This document shows positions 48,044-57,591 of a stretch of 64,000 nt of DNA, in pieces. Position 1 is the first letter of the stretch. Each line of letters starts with the position of its first letter. The stretch is taken from NCBI GenBank assembly GCA_947632495.1, contig CANRPL010000001.1, positions 997 to 64,996 on the forward strand. The letters are read 5' to 3'. Made by a program: the position numbers and the translations under genes. The DNA is from an uncultured Bacilli bacterium (lineage in GTDB: Bacteria > Bacillota_I > Bacilli_A > RF39 > UBA660). The notes below the pieces were generated by a model. The model did not search any database. It saw only the letters and a list, made by a program, of their open reading frames with translations, and was not told where the DNA came from.

Positions 48044-49627
48044 ATGAGTAAAGATAAAAGTGTTATGGATTTAATGAGTGTTGAAGATGTTAAAAAGATG
48101 ATTGATATGACTGATGAAAGTATTAAGACTTGGCAAGATCTAAAGGAGGCTATCTTAAAAAGGCAAAAACCTAATTTAACCATGTTAGTTGATTTTTATG
48201 AATTTACCATGTCACAAACTTTCTTTGATACGGGAGAATATCAAACGAAAGCTTACTTTGATGTTTTCTTCCGTAATCACGAATTTGGTAGTGGTTATAC
48301 TATCAGTTCAGGTTTAGCAGAAATTGTTGATTATGTTAAAAACTTTCATTTTACTAAAGGGGATATTGACTATTTAAGAAGGTCGGGTCAGTTTACTGAA
48401 GAGTTCTTAACTTATCTCAAAGATTTACATTTTACAGGAGATATCTGGGCAGTACCGGATGGTACACCAATTTTCCCTAATGAACCAGTTATCACAGTTC
48501 ATGCCAATGTTATTGAGGCCCAACTATTAGAGACTTTGTTGTTAGCTTACTTTAATCATGGTAGTCTAATTGCGACAGCGACAAAAAGACTTTCTAGTGC
48601 AGCTAGTCCATTAAAGATAGCTGATTTTGGAGCTCGTCGTGGCCATGGAGAGTCTGTTACGCAGGGATCACGTCATGCAGCTATTGGAGGCTTTTCTAGT
48701 ACATCTAATGTTTTAGCAGCTGAAACTTACAATCTTATTCCATCAGGAACGATGGCTCATTCTTTAGTTGAATTTTATGGTAATGACTATGATGCTTTTA
48801 TGGCTTATGCTAAATCTAATCCTTATAATTTTGTAGCTTTAGTTGATACTTTTAGTACGTTATATAGCGGTCTACCAGCAGCTATCAAAGTAGCTGATGA
48901 GTTTTTAACTCCTAATGGTTATCCTTTTAAAGGTATTAGAATTGATAGTGGGGATTTAACTTATCTAGCTAATGAAGCTCGTAAAATATTAGATGCTGCC
49001 GGATACCCTGATACTAAAATATTTGTCACTAATGGTTTGGATGAGGAGCATATTCGTCAGTTAAAACAAGTTGGTGCACCTATTGATAATCTAGGTGTTG
49101 GCGATAATGCTATCGCCCCTAAAGCTAGACTTGGTGGTGTATATAAATTAGTTGCGGTTGATCAAGATGGAGTGGCCAGCCCTCGTATTAAGTTAAGTGA
49201 TTCAGAGGTTAAAATTACTAATCCTGGGTATAAAAAAGTATATCGTTTCTATGACCAAAAGACCGGTTATGCTTTGGGTGATGTCATCGCTTTAGCAACC
49301 GAAAATATTCCTTTAGATGGCTATACTTTAATCTCACCAGTTCACGAATGGCGTCGTAAAGAATTATCTAACTATAGAGTTCGTGAATTACAAGTACCTA
49401 TCTTCTTAAATGGTAAACTTGTCTACGATGTGCCTGAAACATTAGATAGTGCCAATTATTGTGCTGAAGAATTCGCTACTATATATCCTGAAATTAAACA
49501 GGCAGCTAGTCCATATGAGTATATTGTCGATTTAAGTGAACCTTTACTTAAATTAAAAAAGCAGATGATTAAAGAACATAAAGATGAAGTTGAAAAGCAA
49601 AAAAAGATAGGACAGTATCATGCGTAG
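48044..49627 (+). CDS. pncB: Nicotinate phosphoribosyltransferase
   Basis: FYEFTMSQTFFDTGEYQTKAYFDVFFR, FGARRGHG, and similarity to the family over its full length. Confidence 0.85.
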   Translation: MSKDKSVMDLMSVEDVKKMIDMTDESIKTWQDLKEAILKRQKPNLTMLVDFYEFTMSQTFFDTGEYQTKAYFDVFFRNHEFGSGYTISSGLAEIVDYVKNFHFTKGDIDYLRRSGQFTEEFLTYLKDLHFTGDIWAVPDGTPIFPNEPVITVHANVIEAQLLETLLLAYFNHGSLIATATKRLSSAASPLKIADFGARRGHGESVTQGSRHAAIGGFSSTSNVLAAETYNLIPSGTMAHSLVEFYGNDYDAFMAYAKSNPYNFVALVDTFSTLYSGLPAAIKVADEFLTPNGYPFKGIRIDSGDLTYLANEARKILDAAGYPDTKIFVTNGLDEEHIRQLKQVGAPIDNLGVGDNAIAPKARLGGVYKLVAVDQDGVASPRIKLSDSEVKITNPGYKKVYRFYDQKTGYALGDVIALATENIPLDGYTLISPVHEWRRKELSNYRVRELQVPIFLNGKLVYDVPETLDSANYCAEEFATIYPEIKQAASPYEYIVDLSEPLLKLKKQMIKEHKDEVEKQKKIGQYHA

Positions 49628-50222
49628 AGAAAAATTAGATGAATTACATTCTTATTTAGAAGAATTAAAGACAGTAAAGAAAGTACCTTTACCGGATTTT
49701 AAATCAAAGAAAGCATTTTTGACTAGTTCATTTTATGAATGCCATTTAAATTGTGGTAAAATAATTATTAGAGAAAGATTACTAATCAATAAAAAAAGAG
49801 GCGATGCCGCTGTCATTTTAGCTTTAACCCATAATGATGAAGTATTTCTTAATGTTGAACCACGAGTTCACACTGATGAAACTGTCACTTTAGCGTTACC
49901 TGCTGGATACATTGAAGCTGGTGAAAAACCTAGTGTGGCAGCCGAAAGGGAATTATGTGAAGAATTGGGTGTCACGGCAGACAAGTTAATTTTACTAGAT
50001 GAAGCTTATCCTATGGAGGGTATCTCATCAGCTAAAAATTATCTGTTTTTAGCTTTAGGAAGTGAACAAAATAGAGCCCAAAAGTTAGATGAAAGTGAAA
50101 TCATAAGACCCTTTAAGTGTACTTTTGATGAAATGTTAGAGTTAGATGCCATGGGGTATTTTAAATCACTTAATAGTAAGCTTACAATTGAAAGAGCTAA
50201 ACAATATTTAAAAAGGAGGTAG
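49620..50222 (+). CDS. NUDIX hydrolase (ADP-ribose pyrophosphatase-like)
   Basis: Nudix box GYIEAGEKPSVAAERELCEELGV. Confidence 0.75.
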   Translation: MRREKLDELHSYLEELKTVKKVPLPDFKSKKAFLTSSFYECHLNCGKIIIRERLLINKKRGDAAVILALTHNDEVFLNVEPRVHTDETVTLALPAGYIEAGEKPSVAAERELCEELGVTADKLILLDEAYPMEGISSAKNYLFLALGSEQNRAQKLDESEIIRPFKCTFDEMLELDAMGYFKSLNSKLTIERAKQYLKRR

Positions 50223-50225
50223 TTT

Positions 50226-52145
50226 ATGTTAAAACAATATGGTTATGTAAGGGTAGGGGCCATAGTCCCAGAGCTTAAAGTCGGCAATGTATCATTTAAT
50301 GTTGATGAAATAATTAAGCAAATTAAAAAAGCTGATAAAGAAGGAGTTCAAATAGTAACTTTACCGGAGCTATCAATAACGGGATATTCTTGTGGTGATT
50401 TATTTCATCAGGATGTTTTACTTACGGCTTCGCTTCAGGGATTAAAGAAAATTATAAAGGAAACAGCTAATCTAGATATTATATCTATCATCGGTATGCC
50501 TTTAAGTCTCGATAATCAACTTTTTAATACGGGTGTAGTTATTAATAAAGGTAAAGTATTAGGTGTCGTACCTAAAACATATATTCCTAACTATGAGGAA
50601 TTTTATGAAAAAAGATGGTTTCAATCTAGTTTAAATGCGATTAGTAATACGATTACCCTTTTTGATGAAGAAGTTCCTTTTGGTATCGATTTATTATTTA
50701 GAGATAAAGTCGATAAAAATATCTGTTTCGCTATTGAGGTATGTGAAGACTTATGGAGTGTAACACCACCTAGTAATGAGCATACATTAGCTGGAGCAAG
50801 TATGATCTTTAATTTATCAGCTAGTAATGATATTATCGGTAAATATGAGTATCGTAAAAATCTTGTTATGATGCAATCAGCTAAAACTAAATGTGCTTAT
50901 ATCTATGCTTCAGCCGGAATTAACGAGTCGACAACTGATGTAGTCTTTTCTGGGCATGCGCTAATATCTGAATTAGGTAATCAACTAGTTGAAAATGAAC
51001 GCTTCCTTTTTACTAGTCGAATTATTATGAGCGATATTGATATTAGTAAGATTATGAATGATCGCCATAAAGACATTAGTTATATGGGGATTAAACCATA
51101 TCTAAATCATCGTGTTATTCCAATTGAAATAAATGATGATAACACTAATTTATTACGCGAATATAGTATGTATCCTTTCGTACCAAATAATGAAGAAGAA
51201 AGAAATAACCGCTGCTTTGAAATATTTAATATTCAAGCTAGTGGTCTTGCTAAAAGATTAAAACATACGGGCTTTAAGAAAGCTGTTATTGGTGTATCAG
51301 GCGGTTTAGATTCTACTTTAGCGTTACTTATCATTGTTGAAGCATTTAAAAAGTTAGATCTTCCTAATGAAAATATTATCGCTATAACGATGCCTGGTTT
51401 TGGTACTACTGATCGTACTTATCAAAACGCCATTAACTTGATTAACAAAATTGGTGCTACTTTAAAAGAAATCAATATTAAAGAATCTTGCCTTATCCAT
51501 TTTAAAGATATTAATCAGGATCCTAATAACTATGATGTTACTTATGAAAATGCTCAAGCTCGTGAACGTACGCAAATACTTATGGATGTAGCTAATAAAG
51601 AAGGGGGATTGGTAATTGGTACTGGCGATTTATCCGAATTAGCTTTAGGTTGGTGTACATATAATGGCGATCATATGAGTATGTATGCTGTTAATACCTC
51701 TATACCTAAAACACTTGTTAGATATTTAGTTAAATGGATTGCTGATACCCATGATGATGCTAAAGATATCGTCTATGATATTTTAGCTACCCCCATTAGC
51801 CCAGAGTTACTTCCTCCTGATGAAAAAGGTAATATTACCCAAATGACGGAAAATACAGTTGGGCCTTATATCTTACATGATTTCTTCTTATATCATTTCT
51901 TTAGATATGGAGCGTCACCTAAAAAGATATATTTATTAGCTAAAAAGACATTTAAAGATATGTATTCAGATGATGAGATTAAGAAGTGGTTAACTTTCTT
52001 CTTAAAACGTTTCTTTAATCAACAGTTTAAAAGAAATTGTCTACCTGATGGTCCTAAAGTAGGTACTATATCTTTATCACCTAGAGGTGATCTTAGAATG
52101 CCGAGTGATGGGGATGTAAGTATTTGGCTTGATGATATCTCCTAA
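50226..52145 (+). CDS. nadE: Glutamine-dependent NAD+ synthetase
   Basis: N-terminal CN-hydrolase domain plus a C-terminal synthetase domain with the SGGLDS P-loop. Confidence 0.9.
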   Translation: MLKQYGYVRVGAIVPELKVGNVSFNVDEIIKQIKKADKEGVQIVTLPELSITGYSCGDLFHQDVLLTASLQGLKKIIKETANLDIISIIGMPLSLDNQLFNTGVVINKGKVLGVVPKTYIPNYEEFYEKRWFQSSLNAISNTITLFDEEVPFGIDLLFRDKVDKNICFAIEVCEDLWSVTPPSNEHTLAGASMIFNLSASNDIIGKYEYRKNLVMMQSAKTKCAYIYASAGINESTTDVVFSGHALISELGNQLVENERFLFTSRIIMSDIDISKIMNDRHKDISYMGIKPYLNHRVIPIEINDDNTNLLREYSMYPFVPNNEEERNNRCFEIFNIQASGLAKRLKHTGFKKAVIGVSGGLDSTLALLIIVEAFKKLDLPNENIIAITMPGFGTTDRTYQNAINLINKIGATLKEINIKESCLIHFKDINQDPNNYDVTYENAQARERTQILMDVANKEGGLVIGTGDLSELALGWCTYNGDHMSMYAVNTSIPKTLVRYLVKWIADTHDDAKDIVYDILATPISPELLPPDEKGNITQMTENTVGPYILHDFFLYHFFRYGASPKKIYLLAKKTFKDMYSDDEIKKWLTFFLKRFFNQQFKRNCLPDGPKVGTISLSPRGDLRMPSDGDVSIWLDDIS

Positions 52146-52161
52146 AAAAGAAATTTTAAGA

Positions 52162-52204
52162 ACAAGTATATCTAGCAAAAATATTACTTGTTTTTTTTTT
52201 TTTT
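52162..52204 (+). terminator. Rho-independent terminator after nadE
   Basis: Stem ACAAGTA...TACTTGT followed by 13 T residues. Confidence 0.6.
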
Positions 52205-52375
52205 GTGATATTATGGCATTGAATAGTAGAGAGGTATATGATTCTATTCATAGTTTAGATGTATAAATGAAACTATACTATATTTTTTAACCTAAAAAAT
52301 AGTCCACATCATGGTTTATTTAATATTGTGTAATGTTTAAACATTTAGACAAATATGTAAAAGGAGTATGAAAAA

Positions 52376-55300
52376 ATGAAGAAGAAATATAAATCACTTG
52401 CCTTAGTTCTTTGTTTGTCATTTGTCATTTGTTCAATGTTAACACCATTCGCTATCAAGTATGCTAATATTCGCAAAGGTAATAAAAAGTTAAATGGTGA
52501 TTATGTAGCAGGTGAACTAGGTAATAATAACATAAGCTATATTGTAGATAATAATACGATGGATAGTTATAAAGACTATCTTATTAATGATAAGACAGGA
52601 TCTAAAAATGCAGGGAAAATATGGTCAGATAAAACCGTTCTATCTTCGCCATCTTTAACTTTAGATGAGGAAACAGATGGTGTATCTGGTACTATTACAA
52701 ACGATAGCGATTTCTTACATGTTTATTCTGCTTTAGGTAGTAGTAAAAATTTAAAATATAGTGAAATAAAACCACTAGATGTAGTTATTTTACTTGATAT
52801 TTCAACATCTATGATGAAAGAAGATACTTATAGTGAAGAAAAAGGTAATTTAGATGAATCTCCAGCTTATATCGTTATTAAGGAAGCTAATAAAATGATC
52901 AGTAAGCTGATGCGAGATGATGGTGATATATTAATTCATGAAAATAATCGTGTAGGTATAATTGTATATGGTGGAGGAACTCAAGTAGTTTTACCACTTG
53001 ATCATTATCAAAAAAATAATGGTGAAGATTATTTAAAAATTGTAACTACTAAGGTAGATGCTAATGCCAAAAACTGGCCTATCGTTACTAGTAATGTTGT
53101 TAATAGCAAAGGTGAGGTTTATACTAGCACCAGTGAACCAATGTATGCTGATTCAACATATTTACAAGGTGCTATTTATCAGGGTATGAATATGTTAGCA
53201 ACTACTGATGATACAACATATACTGATAAATGGTCAAAAATAGATAGAATTCCTATTTTAATTACCTTAACTGACGGAGCTACAAACACGAGTGGGGTAT
53301 CTTCAGCTGATGAAACAGAAACAAAAATTGATTGGTGGAATCCAAATGGATGGTCTTCAAATCAAGACAAAGTAATTTTGCCAAGTAGATCAGACAAACC
53401 GGCCGTTTGGTCACATTATGTACCTGATCCTAACGGAAATCCTTTTTATACACCAATTAATTTTGATTCGAAGTCTGCTATATCACCAAGAACAGCCTCT
53501 GTATTATTAACAGCAGGCTTTATGAAAAATAAGGTTGAACAGCATTATAATCAAAACAGAGTTGGAGAAGATGAAATCATACTTCAAGGTTATGGTATTG
53601 GCATTAATGTTGATAATTTGACGAATAGTTTTGAAAAGTATCAATTAAATGGTACGATGAATCCTAAAGCCTTTGTTAAAAAGTATGCTGATGATGAAGA
53701 TGTAAGTACTTATTATAAGGAACCTTATGATATTATTATGGACTATGTATCTGGTAATTCTCCAGAACAAGAAATTACAGGGGTTTGGAGTGGCAGCCCT
53801 TTACATGCCTCAATAAAGTTTGATCATCCAAGTGGAAAAGATGCTCAATACGATGTAAAATCAATTGATGATGTTTATTACGTAGATAAATATATGACGG
53901 GTAATACTGAAGACATTAATAGTATTTTTGAACAAATATTAAAACAAATTACATTGGTACCATTAAAACCTATAGAGGGGACAAATGAAGTTGGTATTAA
54001 GGATAATTTAACTTATATGGATCCGATAGGTGAATACATGGAAGTTAAAGATATTAAAAATGTGTCTTTATTGGGTAAATTATATAATGTTACAAAAGAT
54101 AAGCTAAAGTATTATGTTGTAAATGCTGATAAGAGTATTTCTGAATACGACGTTAAACCTGACAAATATGACTATACAAGACAATATTATAAAATTGTTC
54201 CACAAGATGGCGATGTACAAAATAATTTATCTTATAAAACCGTTGAAGAAGATGGAACTATAAATTATAATGTAACATTTAAATTAAGTGAAATAACAAT
54301 GTATGTAGAGAAAGACAATGATGAAAAAGAAATATTATATGTTAATATTCCAAGAAATGCCTTACCACTACAAGTATCAGAAATTACTATTGATAGAAGA
54401 GAAAGAGTCATTTTATATGTTGACAATACAAAACAATATGATGCTTCAACCCCACTAAGAGTCTTTTATACAGTTGGTAGAAAAGAGGCAATTGGAAGTG
54501 GAGACATTATCAATTTATCCCAATTATCAAAAGAATATATTGAAAAAAATACAAGTGTAGTGGATTCAAAAAAATATGTGTCTTTATATTCAAATTATTT
54601 TTCAAATAGAAAAAATAATAATGTTGTATATGGTGATGCAATTACAACTTTTTCTCCAAGCCCTGGAAATTCATATTATACCTCAGTTAATCCATTAATT
54701 CTATATGAACCTAATGAGGAGGATAATAATAAAGAAATAGATTTAGATAGTATCGCTTATAAAAAATTTATATCATCTCATAAGACTATCAACACTATAA
54801 CAAATGAAAATTCTAATAAATATTATTACATTATTATTGAATATTATAAGCCTAATAGTGAGCAGATATATCATGCAGCTCTTTTAAAACAGGGAAAAGA
54901 GTTTGGAACAGGTATTGGCGGAAAAAATATTAGCTTTGGCGAATATCTATGTTGGTATAGTCCATCAGCTAATATTTGGAAAAACTTTAGTACAACTAAA
55001 CCAGAAGATACACATACGGATTGGGTTATAGCTACTAAACCAGGTGGTTTAATCGTTGGTAATATGCAAGATGAATTAGTCACTAAAGAAAATAATAATA
55101 CTAAGACAGCTTCAGCATATATATTACCTACTATTAGTGAATCGACTACCGGATTTAATGATGGTAATAATATTGTTATAAATATGTACCAAGGTAATAA
55201 TGGTAAATTACAAGTGTTAGAAAATGATTTAACAATAAAGAAATTTGTAAGTGGTGATTTAGGTAATGCTAGTACCGAGTGGACAATTAAAGTAACTTTA

Positions 55301-56062
55301 GTAGCGCCAAATAGTCAAACATTAAATACATCTTATCAAACTATTAAAGAAGATGGAACAAAAGGGATTTTATCTTTAACTAATAATGGCAATAAATATG
55401 AAGGAACAATCAAAATTAAAGATAAAGAAACTATAACGATAAAAGATTTACCTAATGGCGTCCAATATAAATTAGAAGAAGTAGAAGCTAATCAAGACGA
55501 CTATAAAACAACAACTAAAGGTAATTTAGAGGGTACATTAACGGGTGAAAATCCAACTATTGAATTTTATAATAAAAAATATTCTTATTATGATTTAACA
55601 ATAGAAAAAGTAGTTAAAGGAGACACTAAAACAGATCAAAAATTTACTTTTGAAATTCGACTAGTTGAAAATCCTGATGTACTTTTAGAAGAAAACATTT
55701 ACTATAAGGGAACTAATATTGAAGATGGAGAAATCAAATTTAAACGTGATGATGATATTTTAATTGGAAGCTTTTCTTTGATGAGTAACCAAAAAATTAC
55801 ATTATATTTACCATATGGAACAACATACGAAATTAAAGAAATTGAGGAAAATAAAAATGGTTATCAAACTTCTTATAAAAATGAGCAAGGAACTATAGAT
55901 AGTGATGTAGTAGTAACAGTGACTAATGAAAAAATCTCTAATCCATTTACCATAGATAATATCGTTAATTATCTTATTACTTTTGTAATAGGGTTAGTTT
56001 CTTTGATTTCAGTTTCATTTATATATAAGAAAAGAATATTTATGAAAAAGAGAACTAATTAG
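52376..56062 (+). CDS. Large surface protein with an N-terminal vWA (MIDAS) domain, tandem beta-sandwich domains and a C-terminal TM anchor
   Basis: Signal peptide. LDVVILLDISTSMM matches the DxSxS MIDAS motif. A long Thr/Asn/Tyr-rich beta region has repeated ~100-aa modules (TIKKFVSGDL..., TIEKVVKGDT...). The C-terminus is a TM helix plus KKRIFMKKRTN with no LPXTG. AAGGAG RBS. Confidence 0.7.
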   Translation: MKKKYKSLALVLCLSFVICSMLTPFAIKYANIRKGNKKLNGDYVAGELGNNNISYIVDNNTMDSYKDYLINDKTGSKNAGKIWSDKTVLSSPSLTLDEETDGVSGTITNDSDFLHVYSALGSSKNLKYSEIKPLDVVILLDISTSMMKEDTYSEEKGNLDESPAYIVIKEANKMISKLMRDDGDILIHENNRVGIIVYGGGTQVVLPLDHYQKNNGEDYLKIVTTKVDANAKNWPIVTSNVVNSKGEVYTSTSEPMYADSTYLQGAIYQGMNMLATTDDTTYTDKWSKIDRIPILITLTDGATNTSGVSSADETETKIDWWNPNGWSSNQDKVILPSRSDKPAVWSHYVPDPNGNPFYTPINFDSKSAISPRTASVLLTAGFMKNKVEQHYNQNRVGEDEIILQGYGIGINVDNLTNSFEKYQLNGTMNPKAFVKKYADDEDVSTYYKEPYDIIMDYVSGNSPEQEITGVWSGSPLHASIKFDHPSGKDAQYDVKSIDDVYYVDKYMTGNTEDINSIFEQILKQITLVPLKPIEGTNEVGIKDNLTYMDPIGEYMEVKDIKNVSLLGKLYNVTKDKLKYYVVNADKSISEYDVKPDKYDYTRQYYKIVPQDGDVQNNLSYKTVEEDGTINYNVTFKLSEITMYVEKDNDEKEILYVNIPRNALPLQVSEITIDRRERVILYVDNTKQYDASTPLRVFYTVGRKEAIGSGDIINLSQLSKEYIEKNTSVVDSKKYVSLYSNYFSNRKNNNVVYGDAITTFSPSPGNSYYTSVNPLILYEPNEEDNNKEIDLDSIAYKKFISSHKTINTITNENSNKYYYIIIEYYKPNSEQIYHAALLKQGKEFGTGIGGKNISFGEYLCWYSPSANIWKNFSTTKPEDTHTDWVIATKPGGLIVGNMQDELVTKENNNTKTASAYILPTISESTTGFNDGNNIVINMYQGNNGKLQVLENDLTIKKFVSGDLGNASTEWTIKVTLVAPNSQTLNTSYQTIKEDGTKGILSLTNNGNKYEGTIKIKDKETITIKDLPNGVQYKLEEVEANQDDYKTTTKGNLEGTLTGENPTIEFYNKKYSYYDLTIEKVVKGDTKTDQKFTFEIRLVENPDVLLEENIYYKGTNIEDGEIKFKRDDDILIGSFSLMSNQKITLYLPYGTTYEIKEIEENKNGYQTSYKNEQGTIDSDVVVTVTNEKISNPFTIDNIVNYLITFVIGLVSLISVSFIYKKRIFMKKRTN

Positions 56063-56085
56063 TTTTCTTTTTTTATAAAAAAATA

Positions 56086-56114
56086 TTGACAATTTATATG
56101 ATATTTAATATATT
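56086..56114 (+). promoter_or_regulatory. Putative sigma-70 promoter
   Basis: TTGACA, 17 nt, then TATATT, about 40 nt upstream of ATG 56155. Confidence 0.45.
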
Positions 56115-56154
56115 GTAAGTGTAAGAATAACGCATTAGAGTAAGGAGTGGAGTA

Positions 56155-57270
56155 ATGAAAAATAATTTACGTTTAATTGTTTTAGATAATTTTATGGAAG
56201 TAGGAAAGAAAGTCAATAAAGAATTGATGAGTTTAAGAAAGGAACGAAAAGGATATTTAGTTAATATTACGAATGTTCGTTTCTCGAATGGTGAAGGTAA
56301 AGTTAAAATTGAAGATACAGTAAGAGAGCAAGATATTTACATTCTTTGCGATGTTGGTAATTATAGTATTAACTATATGATGCATGGTGTTAAACATTAT
56401 ATGTCACCAGATGAACATTTCCAAGATGTCAAAAGAATTGTATCAGCCACGAATGGTCATAGTAGTAAGATAACTTTAATTATGCCTCTTTTATATCAGT
56501 CAAGGCAACATAAACGTAAAGGAAGGGAATCTTTAGATTGTGCGATTGCCCTTCAAGAGTTACAAAATTTGGGTGTTAAAGATATTGTTACTTTTGATGC
56601 CCATGATCCTAGTATTAGTAATGCTATTCCTAACTTACCATTTGAAAATTTTTATCCTACCCATATTATTTTAGATGATCTTATTAAAGAAGAAAATATT
56701 AATGATTTACTTGTCGTTAGTCCAGATATGGGAGCTATGGAGAGAAGTAGATATTATGCTGAAGTTTTAGGATGCGATGTTGGAGTCTTCTATAAACGAC
56801 GTGATTTAAGTAAAGTAGTAAATGGTAAAAATCCTATTGTAGATCACATCTATATGGGTAGTGAAGTAAAGAATAAAAATATTTTAATAGTTGATGATAT
56901 GATTGCTTCTGGTGGTTCAATATTAGATGTCGCTAGTGAACTTAAAAAAAGAGGCGCTAAAAACATCTATTTAGTCGCGACTTTCGCACTCTTTACGGAA
57001 GGGTCAGAAGTATTTGATAAAGCTTATCACGATAATCTCTTTACTAAAATGTATTCTACTAATCTATCATATGTACCAGAAGAAATTAAAGAATGCCCTT
57101 GGTTTCATGAGGTAGATTGTTCTAATTTTATCGCTCATATTATTAATACCTTACACAATAAAGAATCTATTCAAAAACTAGAAAATGGTAAAAGAGAGAT
57201 GTATAAGAAAATTGAGCGAACGAAGAAAGGTAAAAATAATAAGAAGGTAAGAAAAATTAAAGCATCGTAG
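56155..57270 (+). CDS. Ribose-phosphate pyrophosphokinase family protein (divergent, with an N-terminal insertion and a Lys-rich tail)
   Basis: PRPP-binding loop IVDDMIASGGSI and a TFDAHDPSISN region. It has extra N-terminal sequence compared with canonical Prs and a C-terminal KKGKNNKKVRKIKAS tail. Confidence 0.65.
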   Translation: MKNNLRLIVLDNFMEVGKKVNKELMSLRKERKGYLVNITNVRFSNGEGKVKIEDTVREQDIYILCDVGNYSINYMMHGVKHYMSPDEHFQDVKRIVSATNGHSSKITLIMPLLYQSRQHKRKGRESLDCAIALQELQNLGVKDIVTFDAHDPSISNAIPNLPFENFYPTHIILDDLIKEENINDLLVVSPDMGAMERSRYYAEVLGCDVGVFYKRRDLSKVVNGKNPIVDHIYMGSEVKNKNILIVDDMIASGGSILDVASELKKRGAKNIYLVATFALFTEGSEVFDKAYHDNLFTKMYSTNLSYVPEEIKECPWFHEVDCSNFIAHIINTLHNKESIQKLENGKREMYKKIERTKKGKNNKKVRKIKAS

Positions 57271-57282
57271 GATGCTTTTTTA
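57261..57282 (+). terminator. Rho-independent terminator
   Basis: Stem AGCATC-gtag-GATGCT followed by TTTTT, with the stop codon in the loop. Confidence 0.55.
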
Positions 57283-57336
57283 CTTCTTTAAATTATGATA
57301 TAATTTAAATAGTTAGAATAATGAAATGGTGATATA

Positions 57337-57591
57337 GTGAAGATAATTGGACGTGTAATTGATATTTTTATCCCTGATGAATATCAAAATAATGGTTTAT
57401 TAGACATTATGGATAGAACTAATATCGGTTTTAAAATAATGACAGATGATGGTATCGAAGAGATAGTGTTAAAACAAGATGAGATTAATACTAAAATAAT
57501 GAAGGATGATATTGTTGTCATAATAAGACAAGAAATATCTGGTAAAGAATTTATCGATATTGAACCATTTGGTGGTGATTATGATGAATAG
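57337..57591 (+). CDS. Small hypothetical protein (84 aa), translationally coupled to the helicase
   Basis: GTG start with GGTGA RBS and an extended -10 TGaTATAAT upstream. Its stop TAG overlaps the helicase ATG region. Confidence 0.4.
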   Translation: MKIIGRVIDIFIPDEYQNNGLLDIMDRTNIGFKIMTDDGIEEIVLKQDEINTKIMKDDIVVIIRQEISGKEFIDIEPFGGDYDE

